Below are positions 35,590-64,000 of a stretch of 64,000 nucleotides of DNA, piece by piece. Numbering within the stretch: position 1 is the stretch's first letter; each line of letters opens with the position of its first letter. Origin of the DNA: Lingula anatina (taxonomy: Eukaryota; Animalia; Brachiopoda). The translations under genes and the position numbers were made by a program. The notes under the pieces are model-generated. The model made no database searches. It saw nothing but the letters and a program-made list of their open reading frames with translations, and was not told where the DNA came from. Location of the stretch: positions 12,086,587-12,150,586 of the forward strand of contig CM120648.1 in assembly GCA_051362555.1 (NCBI GenBank), given 5' to 3'.

Positions 35590-36264
35590 TACCCTCTACC
35601 AGGACCACAGATTAAAGGGATAACAACTCTTCGTATGAAATCTTTATTTCACAATAAAAACATTGTAAACAACTCCTAGAAATATCATATATTCTATTTT
35701 ACCACAAAAGCGGCAGTTAAAGCAATTATTCTGAAATCCGTACTTGCCATCAGACCATGTGACCTCCATAGATGGCTATACTCTGTAATAATCCCTTAAG
35801 AGATTATTACAAAAAACACACACTTTTTAGAAAAAAAAACAGGGACTAAATTTAGTATGTAGAAATGGATTCATTAGCCATTGGTTAGTATGGGGCAATT
35901 GTTGTTTGCCCCAGGAAAATTCTTTTTTTTTTTTTTTTTTTTTTTTTTGCCAAAATGAACAGTTGTTATCCCCTTAATAACGTGCACTTTTCTCTAAAAG
36001 TGTCACGAAATAACCAGAGACATATCTGTGAATGTCTTGGGAAAAAGCCCACCTGTGACCCTGATAGAGGGTAAAATCGGCTTACGATAACGGCATATAC
36101 TTTATTGACTAAAAATAGACGAAAAAAGTCACTGTCTAATTCATAACAATTCTCTTAACAATTCTTTGCTGTATCACGGTACAGAAAAGTACACGTAATT
36201 AACCAACAGAGACATATCAATGAATATATAGTGAAATGTCAATCTGAGGTCCTGATAGAGGATA
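35590..36264. mobile_element. Degenerate Mutator-like MITE related to 5731-5922, interrupted by a Kolobok-like insert
   Basis: Left arm TACCCTCTACCAGGACCACAGATT. Right-arm copies are AGAGACATATCTGTGAAT..CCTGATAGAGGGTA (ends 36073) and AGAGACATATC..AATCTGAGGTCCTGATAGAGGATA (ends 36264). No intact TSD. Confidence 0.6.
35612..35977. mobile_element. TTAA-flanked MITE (Kolobok-like), copy 2, nested
   Basis: TTAA-AGGGATAACAACTCTTC ... GAACAGTTGTTATCCCC-TTAA; reverse complement of 31580-31933. Confidence 0.8.
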
Positions 36265-36474
36265 TCCCTACCGATGTGTTGACCACCCAGCAAAAGTCCT
36301 TTAGTATTTGCCAGATATATTAGATTGCTACAAAGATGAGAAAAGGAGAGAAAGAAATTTAATTAAGCCCCATGGCGAGGTACATTCTCGCTTCATGATG
36401 AATAACTTTAATTCGCTTTTTATGCGCAAAGAGGGCGACTTTAATGGGGCCGACCAGTAATTGCCAGTGTTTAA

Positions 36475-36689
36475 GGCTCTATTCCCATAGATTTTAGATC
36501 GATCTATCCCCGCGGGGAGTCTCACTAGATTACTTTCAGATAATCCGACTTAAATGTCCGTCCCGCCTACTACAAGTTGTAAGAGGGTAATTAACTTTCG
36601 TGTCCGCCCGGCTGACATCTATTTAGCGTGAACTCCCAGGGAGTTAGGTCGATCTAAAGTAGGTCGATCTAATCTATGGAAATGGGGTG
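36475..36689 (-). mobile_element. PIF/Harbinger MITE H1, copy 5
   Basis: Reverse-complement homologue, most similar to copy 3; TAA and TTA flanks. Confidence 0.8.
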
Positions 36690-36744
36690 TTAGGTAATCG
36701 CCAATTTATTCCGACTGGATTTAGAGAATTAGACATTGAATTAA

Positions 36745-36967
36745 GGGACCATTCCCATTACTTTATCGTACTAGCAGGATCGATCTATCTGCGAGGGGGA
36801 TCTCGCTAAATTGCATTCAGTTTAAGCGTTCACTAAAGTTAATTACTCCCCTAACAGCTTCAGTGAGCGTGACAGACATTTGAGCCGCTTAAACTGAATA
36901 CAATATAGCGAATTTCCTCTGAGTTAGATCGATCCTGCTAGTACGATAGGTTTATGGGAACCCAGCC
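36745..36967. mobile_element. PIF/Harbinger MITE, diverged H1-related subfamily
   Basis: TTCCCAT..ATCGTACTAGCAGGATCGATCTA ... TAGATCGATCCTGCTAGTACGAT..ATGGGAA; TAA TSD; internal AATTACTCCCCTAACAGC..GACAGACATTTGAGCCG shared with H1. Confidence 0.75.
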
Positions 36968-37857
36968 TAAGTGGTCATGGTAGACGGTTTGTGCTGGCGC
37001 TAACAGCCATTGTCGTGTTAATCGGAGCATGGAGGTGCCAATGACATATTATACAGGACATTTTGCTGGCAAAATCTCGGCGAAGCAGGTGAGTTCGGTT
37101 CATTTTCGACACACATTTTTATGTTGGCACCTCTCACTTGAGAATCAGTTCTTCGCAAAATTGTTCTTTCAAAAACGCGTACCTTAAAACTGAATAAGGA
37201 AAATGCTCAGACGCTGACAGTGATTTTTATACCAAGGTGTTAAGTTGAACCCATATATTACAGACACGCTGGGTCCGGAGAGACATGACGTACATTTGAC
37301 TACAATAAGCAACTTGAACAAAGTTTCTTTGCTGCGGGGGGGGGGGGGGGGGGGGGGGGGGAATAAATTGTTTCCCTTTAACTTCCTAATAAGCAGTTTT
37401 CTACTGCTTATTATTATTATTATTATTATTATTATTGTTATGGATGATATCCCTATCCTTGCTTGCAACAATATTAAATTCTTCAATACTAGCAACTTGT
37501 GTCAGCAGTGATAAGTTCAGGAGTGGAATTCGTTGGGAGGGGGGGAGCTATAAGAGCTGTAGAAGCATGTTTCACCAAAGATGGTTCCAGGGGACATGGC
37601 GGGTACGTACCCCTTCCACCAGCTTCGGAGGAGCCCCGTATTCCGTCTTCTCTCTTTTTTTCACTAAATATTCACAGGTATGCCTCTATCTATCTTTGGC
37701 TTTCATAAATCTATGCACTTATCTCTACTGCATCCAGCGAGAATTAAAGTATTGTGTTGAATCCATCCGTCAGCTGGCCGTCATACGGAGTACCCCCCCC
37801 CCCCCCCCACCACCACCACCCCCTTCCTTTCTCAAACTCGATATTGAATTTGACTAA

Positions 37858-38063
37858 AGTCGCATTCAGAAAAAGTTGATCCGCGGACTAACAGATCTGC
37901 GTATCAAAAAATGGCTCCACTTAATTGAAATCGTGCCGAGACTTAATTGCTCTGCCGCCGCTGGGAAGGTGCGCGTGGGAGGCGGGGATCCAATGTCAAG
38001 CGCGCGCCATATTTGATGCGCGGACTAAGTAGTCCGCGGATCAACTTTGTTGTGAATGCTCTC
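37858..38063. mobile_element. PIF/Harbinger-like MITE family H2
   Basis: GCATTCAGAAAAAGTTGATCCGCGGACTA ... TAGTCCGCGGATCAACTTTGTTGTGAATGC; TAA TSD; internally deleted relative at 50793-50850. Confidence 0.75.
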
Positions 38064-38138
38064 TAATATATGACTTGGTATTCTCTATTTCAGCGGCGTG
38101 AGCTCGTTTAATGGCTGCACGGCATCACTGGTATTAAC

Positions 38139-39824
38139 ATGGGGCCAATGTGTGTCGCCGACGCCAAGGTGCTTGGTGTCGTCACTACGGTCTGCGTGAT
38201 AGCTATGTGTTACGTGTACACGGTGATTAGGCCCTTTGATGACGTCATTACAGCATGGAGGTACAGCGACAATTGGCGGATGTCAAGTAAGTTGGAGGCG
38301 AAATATTCTGAATATACAGTGTGGGATATGCTTAATTATGATGCATAGATATGCTTACTAAGGAAAACCAGTTTTTGGGTTCGTAATGAATAATCTTTCA
38401 ATTTGATTTGAAATGTGATCGAGATACAGGAAGAAATAAACAGGATTAAGTTCGAATGAAAAAATAATATGTTGATCCTAAGAATGAAACTTAGACTGGC
38501 ATTATGGATAAGTTTATGGTATTATATATAACTTTTGATATGTTTGTATCTTGTTTGACGTTCCAGCCAGATTGTTCGCACCGCCTCCAATAAAATCAAC
38601 GTACACTTCACTGGTAAGGCATCTATTTCCAAAACGTTTTATAACAACGTTAGGGTCCGTTTCACACAAAAAATAGCAAAATTAATAGATAAATAAATAA
38701 AAAACAATTGAAAGTATGCAGTTTTCTTTTGTCATCCAAATTAATCTGTTGCATAATATCTATATAAAGTGGTCATCTCAACTGAAACACAACGTATTTC
38801 TAGAACCTAAAGAAGTTTGAAAATACAGACCGGTTACTCACATTAACGTAGATAACTTTAGCAATTTCTACCCGAAATTTCATACTTTTTGGATTGTGCA
38901 GTTGAAAACGACTTCTAGCGAAAAAAATCATCATTATGTATTATATGCATAAAGTTCTATATATTGCAGCACGCGGATTGGGACCTTGTCCCGAAAGATT
39001 GGATTAACGAAATAGAGGCCAGGCGACGTCATTTAGAGAATGCGTGCGCAGCCACGGAGCCACCAAGCAATGATAGTTTGGTAAAAGCGAGTCACAATGT
39101 ATATGTCGATGAACGCCATCGGCTGATCCTTTGCGAAATCCCCAAGGTAGGATGCAGCAACTTCAACCGGCTGCTGTACGGATTGTCGGCAAACATCGGC
39201 ATAGACGAATATGAAAACATCACCGGGTCCCAGGTGCATTCTTACCCAATGCTGCGGTGGCTTCGAAAACTCGACAGTTTTTCTGATTTTGGGATTCAGT
39301 TTCGACTTAAACACTACCTTAAAGTTATAGCAGTGAGGCACCCGTTCGAAAGAATAGTTTCGGCTTACCGCAGTAAACTTGAGGGTGGCGATAGGGAGTT
39401 TTCGGCGACTTATGGTCCAGCAATTCTTAAATATGAACGTAAGAAGAAAACTGAAGAAGTTATCCGTCATTACAACGTCTCTTTTGCTGCTTTTGCGAGA
39501 TATTTAACTCAAATTTCTGTTCAGACAAACTTCCATTTTAAAGCATACCATGAAATCTGCTTTCCGTGTTCTGTTCACTATGACGTCATCGCACGTCACG
39601 AGACCATCAGCCGTGACGTCAGCATGGTGCTGAAAATGATCCACGCCGCGCCTGGGTTTCACTATCCGAATTCTCACCGAGTTCAAGTTCACTCAGAGGA
39701 CGTGTGGAAGTCGTATTTCAAACACATGACGAAAGAGGAAGTTTGGCGATTCTGGAACACTCAGTTTGAGAGAGACGGACGTCTGTTTAACTATACGATG
39801 CCAAACGACATTGGCAATTCATAA
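38139..39824 (+). CDS. Golgi carbohydrate sulfotransferase, Sulfotransfer_2 family (CHST8-14/HNK-1ST-like), ~349 aa
   Basis: Exons 38139-38286, 38567-38613 and 38970-39824 total 1050 nt, in frame. Type-II TM VLGVVTTVCVIAMCYVYTVI; 5'-PSB CEIPKVGCSNF; 3'-PB VRHPFERIVSAY; HF....ICFPC.VHYD.I...ET and D..LFNY. A probable non-coding first exon ends at donor 37088 (CAG|GTGAGT) and splices to the acceptor at 38093. Confidence 0.9.
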
Positions 39825-40959
39825 ATCACAAGACAGGTCCACGGATTTTTTGTGGGGGTACGGCTAAGAAAGTTTATTTAAGTGATTTTTAAATGAAAAT
39901 TCGAGCATACAGACATGATTCATAGAGACATGAGTTACAGATTGTACCTGAACAAGATGGCCATCTTGAAAACGGCTGTCAACTTTAAATTTGAGATGGT
40001 ACATACTACTACCTTCCTCGCTACAAAGTATGGAAAAATCATACCGTACCCAATGCTCAATATAGTATTATCAATTACAAAAAAACGGAAATGACGACGA
40101 TTATCTTGGATTCTGTGCGTTTCTGTGGTTACTTGAACACTTTCCAATCGCACCTCTCGGCTAGCTTGGCTGTCATAAGAGGGACAACATTAGTAACCTG
40201 AAACGTAGGAGGTTGGGGAGCGTATACTATGAGTCTATACTGTGTATAGGAGAAAGTCACCGCTCACACTCTGATATTCAGGGTGGTTGAAACTTTTAAA
40301 ACTGAGTGCGCATTGTGCTATCTCAACCGTCTTTGTCGCATCTAACACAATGAAAAATTAGGCTATTATTGGGCTCGTTGAAAGAGTATTTGTTTGCTCC
40401 TGCATTAATAATTATGGATAAGTTATACGAATGAGGTCAAAGGTCATAATCAAAGGATTGAAAATGAGATTGATTGATGGGGTTTGCTCGAGGCAGGCAA
40501 ACACGAATGCTGGCATTTTATGTCTTGAATAAAATCCTCCGAAATCGCACCTACAGTGTATATCTTTGGTGGAAATGTAAATGTAAATGTAATCATCAGA
40601 TGCTAAACCTTACATGCCATCAGGTGTCGGAACATCAAAGGTCGTCCACTCCCGGCCGTGTTTGCTGTGACAGTTGACAGTACGTGACACGACGGCAGTG
40701 AGACGCGGTCATCTTACCTGTTATATCTCCTGTCAAATATTGTCACATCCGGTGACACGTCGCTCCCTCCAGCTCCAGACTGGACGCTGATTATTGCACG
40801 CACGGGGTCAGCGGAGGATATTCTCTTTCTTTCCTCTCTCTCTTTTTCTCTCTCCCTCCCTCTCTCTCGTTTTCTCTTATATTATCTCTCATGCTGTCTG
40901 TGTTTTCTACTTCGCTAGCTTTCTATAACTGCATATTTCCCTTTTTTTGTCCACCTTTG

Positions 40960-40993
<34 letters not shown>

Positions 40994-41616
40994 ATGTTCT
41001 CGTTTTTTTTTCTCTCTCTCTTGCTTTGTCTATATTCATATATCTGGTAATCACTCTATCTATCTTCCACTCTGTTTTTCTTCACCCTGTAGACTAGGCA
41101 GCGCACCGACACAAGCACACGGGGGAGGTGGGTGATAGGGGTTGGATTGGGGTGGAGTTGTGTTGAGTTACAAAAAACGTTCTTGGAAAAATTAAAGGCA
41201 CAATGTGTCATGAGACCACACATGGTCATCATCAGTAAAACACTCCCTTTATCAAATAAAACAACAGCAAGTATGGATGCTCCACCCATTCTGCAAGCCT
41301 TCATGAGCAATCTGAGATGAAACGCTCTGCTGTGCACCGACGCTGTTTCTCTTTTTCCCGTGTACAACATTACGTGTTAGATTTTGATGACGACGTTTTT
41401 TGATCCGGAGCGCGCGATGACGCCACCCCCCGTTGTGGGGTGTGCTATCGAGTTAGGGTAAATCTATCGCATGTAAGAAATAATGTCAGCGAGGGTGGAG
41501 TGAAACATGTTCCAAGTTGAGGTATTCAGTGATACTGCACTGCAGGTGTGAAAATGTTAGGTTTAGGGGAAACATTAAAGTTTGTGGATGACCTCTCTCT
41601 CTCTCCCCCTCTCTCC

Positions 41617-41670
<54 letters not shown>

Positions 41671-42024
41671 TATGTAAACGTGAACGTGAACCTAGTTATT
41701 TATATATCCTTCACCGAGGAATGTTAAGTCTTTGGGGTTACAATATTAACACACTTTACAAATCTTTGCCATAGTTCTTAAGCGTGGACCCCCCTCTCCC
41801 ACACACACAAACGCCCCTCCACTGCACCACCCAATATTGCAACTATACCTGCCAAGCTCTGTGACGGAGCTTTCCATGCATAAAAAATACAAGTCTCACT
41901 TATAAAACAAGGAAAAAACGTCAGATGGAGGAAAAGCTTCAATGATACATTAGCCAAACAAAAACTACATGAGAATTCTAAGTTCTTTCCTCTTCATTAT
42001 TCTTTTTTCGATATTTGAGGAAAC

Positions 42025-42070
<46 letters not shown>

Positions 42071-45000
42071 AACTTTTGGTGTATAACACACCTGATGAAA
42101 TTGTTCGCTGGTTCCGACGGAGACGCTTTAAAAATGCGCTGCCAAAAGTAGACTGTCACTTTCTTCCTTGTTTAGTTACCGCCAGGTAACAGCCAGTAAG
42201 GCCTTAGCGGCGCCATGACCATCTCCTTTACCAGAGGTTATTAAGGATCGTCTGCTAGATCAGATGAAATCGATGAAGATCGGGTGTCTTATGAATTCAC
42301 AACCTCTTTCAAGAAAAGACGCACAATTTATAAAACGGAAACTCGAAAATGATAAACAATAATAGATGAAAATGTTATCTTTTTTATCTGTTTTGAAACT
42401 TTGAGCCCGATTCATCATCAGTTTATTTTGTCTTCACATGTAAAGGGTAGTCAAACTTTATTTTAAAAAAACCAAATTATTTATTTGTCTTGACAAATGT
42501 CTTCTTATCCATCACTCAAAACTTTCGTCTTAGTCGTTCCGTCGTCGCTTTTCTACAAGGCTCTGCCTTAGCCAGCAAGTCCCTTTTTTAGGAAGTGGAA
42601 AACTCAAAGGAAAAATCCACTATGTTATTGCTTATTATTTTCATTCCACATCCTCGTGTTTTCAATCATATTTCGCAGGTAAGTTTAGATTCGCAATATA
42701 ATAGTGACCCGCCGGCGCCTGGACCTAGCGTCTGACGACTGGTCGTCATGGCAACACGGCGTAAGGTTGAAAGAAGAGAACGTGGGACGTAACCTTTCAT
42801 TCCTTCTTTAATATCAAAATCTGCTTTTATGTCTGTTTTTTGATGGAGACTGAGAGAAAAAGGCAAAGGTAACCGCATGGAAGAAATAAAGCCTTTCAAC
42901 ATTGTCTGTCGTTTGAAGTACTGGCGCTCGAGTTTAAGAAATCCATGTTCTTCCATTAAAATTGAACGAGATTGATTGATTAAAAATGACAGAATTACGT
43001 ACAACTATTGGCATATGCATAAAGGCATAAGACCATCTTTATTTCAAACAGAAATCAGCTGAGGTTTATCAAATTATTCACGTCATTTGAGATACAATAC
43101 TTTTTAGCATCTTGTCAAGGGTAGCATGCTGGCTGATGAAATAGTCCCATTTTCCTCTTGTTACACGAGTTAAATCGTATTTCGTGTGCAGCATAATAGT
43201 TATACAATGTTATCACACTTTACAAGTCTTTTTCAGTGATTTTGGCACTACTTGGTAGTCCGTATAAAGATAGACAACAATCTAAGTCATTCAGCAATAT
43301 AATAGTGGTACATGTATATCTGTTATTTCTTCGGGTTATACGTGTATATGAAAATGCCATTACATCAATTGATAACTCTCCTTTTTCTCCAAGCTCAAGG
43401 AAGATTTGTACAATAATTTAAAGCGAAAGGAGTTAAAACGTTTTTTGAAACATGTAGGTAACATTTAAAATACACTGCCATTAAAATAGGTAAAAAACAC
43501 TAAAATTATTTTGTTTTCTTGGTTTTCTATTTCGTTTGCTTTGAAATATTAGACCCACGACTTAAAAGAGGTAAAATTTAAACGCTTCCGCGAAAACACT
43601 GGAATGCAAATATTTGAACTAAACCTGTTTTTAAAGTTACAATTCTCACTAGTTCTCAATTTATGAATTGAATTGGCCACAATGATAATAATTACATAGG
43701 TCATTTGAAAAGGTCGACTGTTTCAACCATACTTTATACAAACAAATTTCCACTATTTTCGATTTTTAATTTAGATTATGTCGAATTAGTTCTGTATTTC
43801 ACGGGCATAAACCGCACCTTTCTATTGGCAAAATTACCGACTGCGGCCAATAATCGACCACAAATCATATCTAAAATCGCAGCATTCCTTCTAATCAAAA
43901 AATACGGCCCGTTATTGCCACTCCTCAATAGTTATTAGCCGGTGGAGTGAGTTTTGAAAAGGCCGCAAGAGTCATAGGGGGCTGAGCTCGCTTAATTAAA
44001 GAAAAAGTTAATTTTTCGCTTTACAACTGCGTCCGGCTCACAAACGCGGGAATAGAGGTACATATTTGCACTCTTGCTGTGCTTACAATTTCTGTGTGCC
44101 CTCTTATAATATAACTGGAAAATGTCGAGGATGTTGGGGGTATCAATTGTGCCTGTTATGAATCGAACTAGGCCCTAATATGTTTCCATTCATGTATTCT
44201 TTCATTGAGTCGCCGTCCCCGGTTCAGTGTACTCATATTTATACAATAACATTGGCCTCGGGCCTGGGTGCAAAAACATCGTTAACTAGCTACGACTTAG
44301 TGAAAAGAAATACGCCATCTCGCGTTCTTCACAACTCATTAAGCACCCCCCCCCCCCCCCCCTCTTCTTCCCTTCCTTGAATGCCTTTTTAATTGGGCGG
44401 CCGAGCTGTCAATCAAAGCACCGCATTCCGCGGCGCTGGCGGCAGAGAGCGTTTTTGCAGCATTTAATATGTTCACCTCTTGGCTCTCCGGGCGGAGTGG
44501 ACCACGTGACCCGAAGGGTTCAGTTTAATTGCATTACAGCGGCACGCGCCACGCGGGATTCCGGCCTCGAATCAAAAGCGCTACCTGAGGCTTAACTTAA
44601 CCGAGCGCTGGTCGGTGGTGGTTTTTCAACGGTGTTTGTCCGCGGACCTCACCAGTATTAGGATTAGCTTCGTCACTAGTGTGTGGTATTTGGCGTATTA
44701 ACTTAAGGCCGGGATTTACACTACCTGACGCATTCCGGTCCACTTAGCTCTGGACGAGAGTTTTACATCGTGGACTGAATGAACGAAACCAATCGTAATA
44801 TGCTGGAGTGACGGATAACTCATACATTTGATAACGCTGTACAACTGAAACTACAAGGCAGTACTTTGATTAACGGGTAGGCGACAGAGTCGACACTCTG
44901 CTGTCGCTACAGTGGCTGTCAGCATATTAGAGGACGGACAACGTTGAAGGAGTATGTGACATAATTATCTTAATACGGCCGCTACCTGCAGGGACACGGC

Positions 45001-46496
45001 CTCGTCATTAAAGACGCGAGACCGCCAAACCTGGGCTTGTTAATGAGAAGCGTTTAACGCCTCTGTTAACTCTGAATCAACCCTCGCGGTTGTGGCATAA
45101 CACGCAGAGATAGGGACCCTTTGATTAAGAGCGGTGTTCACACCTCGGCGTCTGATAAGAGTCATAAGAGTCCACGCGGTCTCTGAGAAGAAAATAGGAG
45201 ATCCGAGGTAGCACGACCGCCTGTTACACGGTCATCAGTGATCGGCGCAGTTCCGAACCTTTAGGACGCAATCCGAGGATTTTTGTTGGGGACGATTTTG
45301 CAGTTTATTTGACGGCTTCTCGTACGTGAAGATCAAAAAGTTTTATAACCGGCCGTTCAAAACTACGGGACGCCAGAGGGATACATTTAACTGCAAACCG
45401 ACAGTTTTCATTTTTGCAGCTACACTCTAGGTGCCAGCACAGCGTTCACGAAACTCAGTGGCCCGACAGAGATAGAAAACAGTTTAACAAATCTGACCGG
45501 TACTTAAGCAAGTGCAGCGCAAACGCCAGAGCGCTCGGATTTTTTTGTCTTCAAGAAAACATCCAAGTATGGGAGAGAGGACCCGACCGTGTGAAACTTT
45601 AGAGATAACTTAAGTAAAACAGGGCGAGGTGGTGTTGTCATCATCCCGTTGAAAGGAATCATTATTTTACTTACTAGCCTCTATTGATTTGGAGTGAGTC
45701 AGCCCTTGGCGTTCTGGGATATAGGGGAGAGATAATGCACCGAGGCAGTCACCGTGAGTGAGAAGTTAGCGTTAACTCAAGTTCTCGGATATTGAGGGGG
45801 AAAGTGTGCGGAGTCAGTCACTTTGTGGATACATTCAATTTGGTGCGGTGTCTCATCCCTCGTTAAATGTGTTAAGATAACTCGAGGCAAAAATTAAGGC
45901 GTATGTCGACACTAATAGATGGTTTAATCCTATCATCGAGAGACACCGTATAAAAATAAGCGTTTATTGAGGTGAAATCTTGGATGGTTTCTTAGAAGTA
46001 AAAAAACCTGTATGTTGTGACTTCGTTAAAAGGGAACATTTGTAGTAATACCACAAGCATTTGAATTATTGGAACTTGAAAGGAAAAACTCTAAAAATAA
46101 CAGCATTTAGGTTGTTTAAACAGCAGTAACATTGCTAATAGCGAAGAGCATTAGCCAGATCAACAGTTGCTACCTCTACCAAAGAAACAAGCACACAGAG
46201 CGTTCGTCCTACCAGTGACAACGTGACAGTATCGGTCGCCCATGTAAGCAATAACAACATGGGTTTAACATTATTTGAACGCTGAAACATTACTCGGAAA
46301 CAAAACGGGAAATTTACCAGGAGTAATAACACGTGGGTCTATTTTTATTTGATTTTCACGCCATTCACAGGAATCAAGGATTAAGTCAGGTGAAAGACAC
46401 GTTTATCCATTGCCTGCTTTTGACTTCCAGGAAAATTTCCAGGAATATTCTTGCACAACGGTGCTGATGACGCTTAACCTAGGCCACTCTAAGTAA

Positions 46497-61611
<15,115 letters not shown>

Positions 61612-63638
61612 GTAAGTCAATGGTTCCACAACAGCAAATTCTGCATGAGACGCTGTCATGACATCCGGTCAAAATTTGACTGGAAATACACTAAATGACG
61701 TCATAGATGACGACCAGTTTGTCAAAGGTGGGGTTCAGAATACCTCAGTCGTACCTCAGTTCACCTTATTGGTTTACGGTCTCTCCAATTTTAAGGTTTG
61801 AAAAATGTCACCTTATTCTCTTGGCGCTGATATAAAATTTAGATGTATCAAAGGGGATATCTTCTATATAAGACTGAATAAGGAACAGGTGTTTTTCTAA
61901 ATAAAAATTTCGATAAGGCCATGAAACAAATGTGCTACATTTATCTGAAATTGTTTTTAGTACTTTAACAAACTTCGGTATAGATGTATTTGTGATCGTA
62001 AGAAGTACTCATCCTTGTTTCGATCAGGCTTTTGAAAGAAAATTCGTTCTCTGTTATAGCATTCAGGGAAAATAGGATGAAAATAAGACAGCAAAACATT
62101 TATAAGAAGCTGGCCTAAATGCAAGCACGCGCAGGCGCGCGTATCACTGCACAAGGTTTTATTCAGTTATAATTGATATTTAATCATTTGTATGAATTCG
62201 CGTGCTCTCGGGGCGCCCATTGTCCAATTTAACTGGCTCTATATCCTACAATTGTTATGTATTCCATATGCGTAATCTAGACTTTAAATTCGTAGATGGA
62301 TGATTTCTTAATTTTCAATGAGATTATTGCGTGGACTGCTTTATTGTTCTGCGGCGCACGCTTACATCGCGCCAGTGAGCCTCGCCCAAAGGGGTCTACG
62401 AGTAGTATCGCTAAAACGATGTCTTTGCAATTAATTGTCAAATATGTTTGGGATTGAAATCACGCATGGTGCTTATTGTAAATAAATACTTCCCATATGG
62501 CGTCTAATAATCTGCGATTGGCTTTTAATTCACATAATAAATATTTCCCTCTATTATATTTCTATTGATGGTAATGGAATATGATTTCGGAGTGGAAAGG
62601 AAATATATTAAGGTAGAAATAAGACACGTCAATTTCATGTTATAGCATTATATTACCATAAAACAGTTCAGTCAGACGAATGCTATGAGAAAGAGAGCTT
62701 TATCAATTTGATGTTATTTAAAACTTTAAAAACTTCTTTTAAAAAGCACAGAATGAGTATTTAACCTTTGAATAGAAACATTTTAATAGAAATTTCACCA
62801 TTTTTCTCTTTAAAACCATCAAGGCGTAGCCTATCCAACCTCGCTAGTTTTTATTTATTTATTTATTTATTGTGTAATAATAAGGTAATTTTAACCGTTA
62901 TTTATAGTATTGTGTGCGACGCGAGACACAGGTGGTGAAACCGGCTGCTCCCCGCGCGTCACTTACTAAAACATCCCCGCAGAGATTACACCAAACAGTG
63001 ATCACATTAACGATTTCATTTGTTCCCCGAACAAAAACCAGGTTGTTTACATTCTATAACTTAATAACTTTCTATATCGTTCTCGGTCAATAACGGTGTA
63101 ACATACGAACCACATACAAAGACTTAAGCAATATACCTTGGAGACTTAGAGAATATTACGGTATTCGCGAGCGCGGGCACAATTAATTCTCTTTATAATT
63201 ATCCATGGAGTTCGATAATACCAAGTATGGCTGAGCCTCAGGGATTAAGCACTGGGCCCAGAAAGCTGAATGGTTAATCGCACAAATGAAGTAGGCCAAA
63301 ATCTCCGCCCAAATTCTTATTTTGTCAAAAACAATCACGGCGTGTTTATAGAATTTGATTAATAATTGAATTGCCTTAGAGTCGTAGCGGTTCCGCTCGC
63401 CCCGAGGAGACGCGGGCGGTATTGTTAAGTGTAGTTTAAGGAGGGGCGAGTTAACAGAGGAGAAATGACCATTCTGTGTGGATCAAATAAATCAAACAAA
63501 CTGAAACGCAGCTGGGACTGGACTCCAAGATGGCGACTATGATGTCCCTTATCAAGTCTGTCATCAAGTATGCATGTACTCTTCCAACCGTGTTCATTTT
63601 CTCCCCTCTGTCTTTTTATTATCCTGTTCTCAACCTTA

Positions 63639-63975
63639 TTGTCCTGAGATTTACCCAACTTTTTCAATTTTATCATAAATATTGTGATTGTGATGTAAAG
63701 TTTTTTAATTGAAGAATCTGCAGTGAATGCCATGGGGAAATGCCACAGATTTCATCGAGTTACGCGTAGGTCCTACTCCCTCCCCCCTTGTCCTGAGATT
63801 TGCCCTACTTTTTCATTTTTATCATTAATTTTGTGGTTGTGGTATAAATTTTTTTATTGATCGAAGAATCTGCAGTAAATGCTATAGGGAAATACCACAG
63901 ATTTCAGCTAATTACGTGAAGGCCCTACCCCACCCCCACCCCCGCCTAAGATTTACCCTACTTTTTCACTTTTAA
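63639..63975. repeat. ~150-bp tandem repeat (~2.2 copies)
   Basis: TTGTCCTGAGATTT..ACTTTTTCA..GAAGAATCTGCAGT.AATGC.AT.GGGAAAT.CCACAGATTTCA recurs at 63639 and 63788, with a partial third copy at ~63945. Confidence 0.85.
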
Positions 63976-64000
63976 TGATCCTCCCTTAGCTTCTGGGATT

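Noticed and set aside
39033-39692. Minus-strand ORFs of 145 aa and 62 aa
   Set aside because: Antisense to the sulfotransferase catalytic exon; no recognisable motifs.
43241-43262. TTTGGCACTA, matching the 5' end of miR-96
   Set aside because: Only 10 nt match, and no precursor hairpin is evident.

Overview
Intron-rich, AT-rich, microsatellite-rich eukaryotic DNA from a bilaterian invertebrate; the species cannot be determined from sequence. Splicing by hand across GT-AG introns gives eight protein-coding loci: (1) the last three exons of chordin (CR4/VWC plus a polybasic tail, +); (2) a WFDC1/ps20 orthologue with an extra His-rich linker and 4-Cys half-VWC-like module (+); (3,4) a head-to-head pair of paralogous type-I transmembrane C-type lectins, one with a short stalk (-) and one with a ~500-aa mucin stalk (+); (5,6) TCF19 (FHA+PHD, -) head-to-head with TMEM222 (+); (7) a Golgi carbohydrate sulfotransferase of the CHST8-14 type (+); (8) the first two coding exons of an unidentified secreted protein with a ~15-kb intron. 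Non-coding DNA holds many non-autonomous DNA transposons: a Helentron/HINE-like element and Mutator-, PIF/Harbinger-, Kolobok- and hAT-like MITEs, some nested. The most unusual signal is a 24-bp minisatellite that duplicates a TCF19 splice donor in frame inside the PHD finger. Gene names come from recalled sequence motifs, not database searches. No prokaryote-type system, CRISPR array, tRNA or rRNA was seen.
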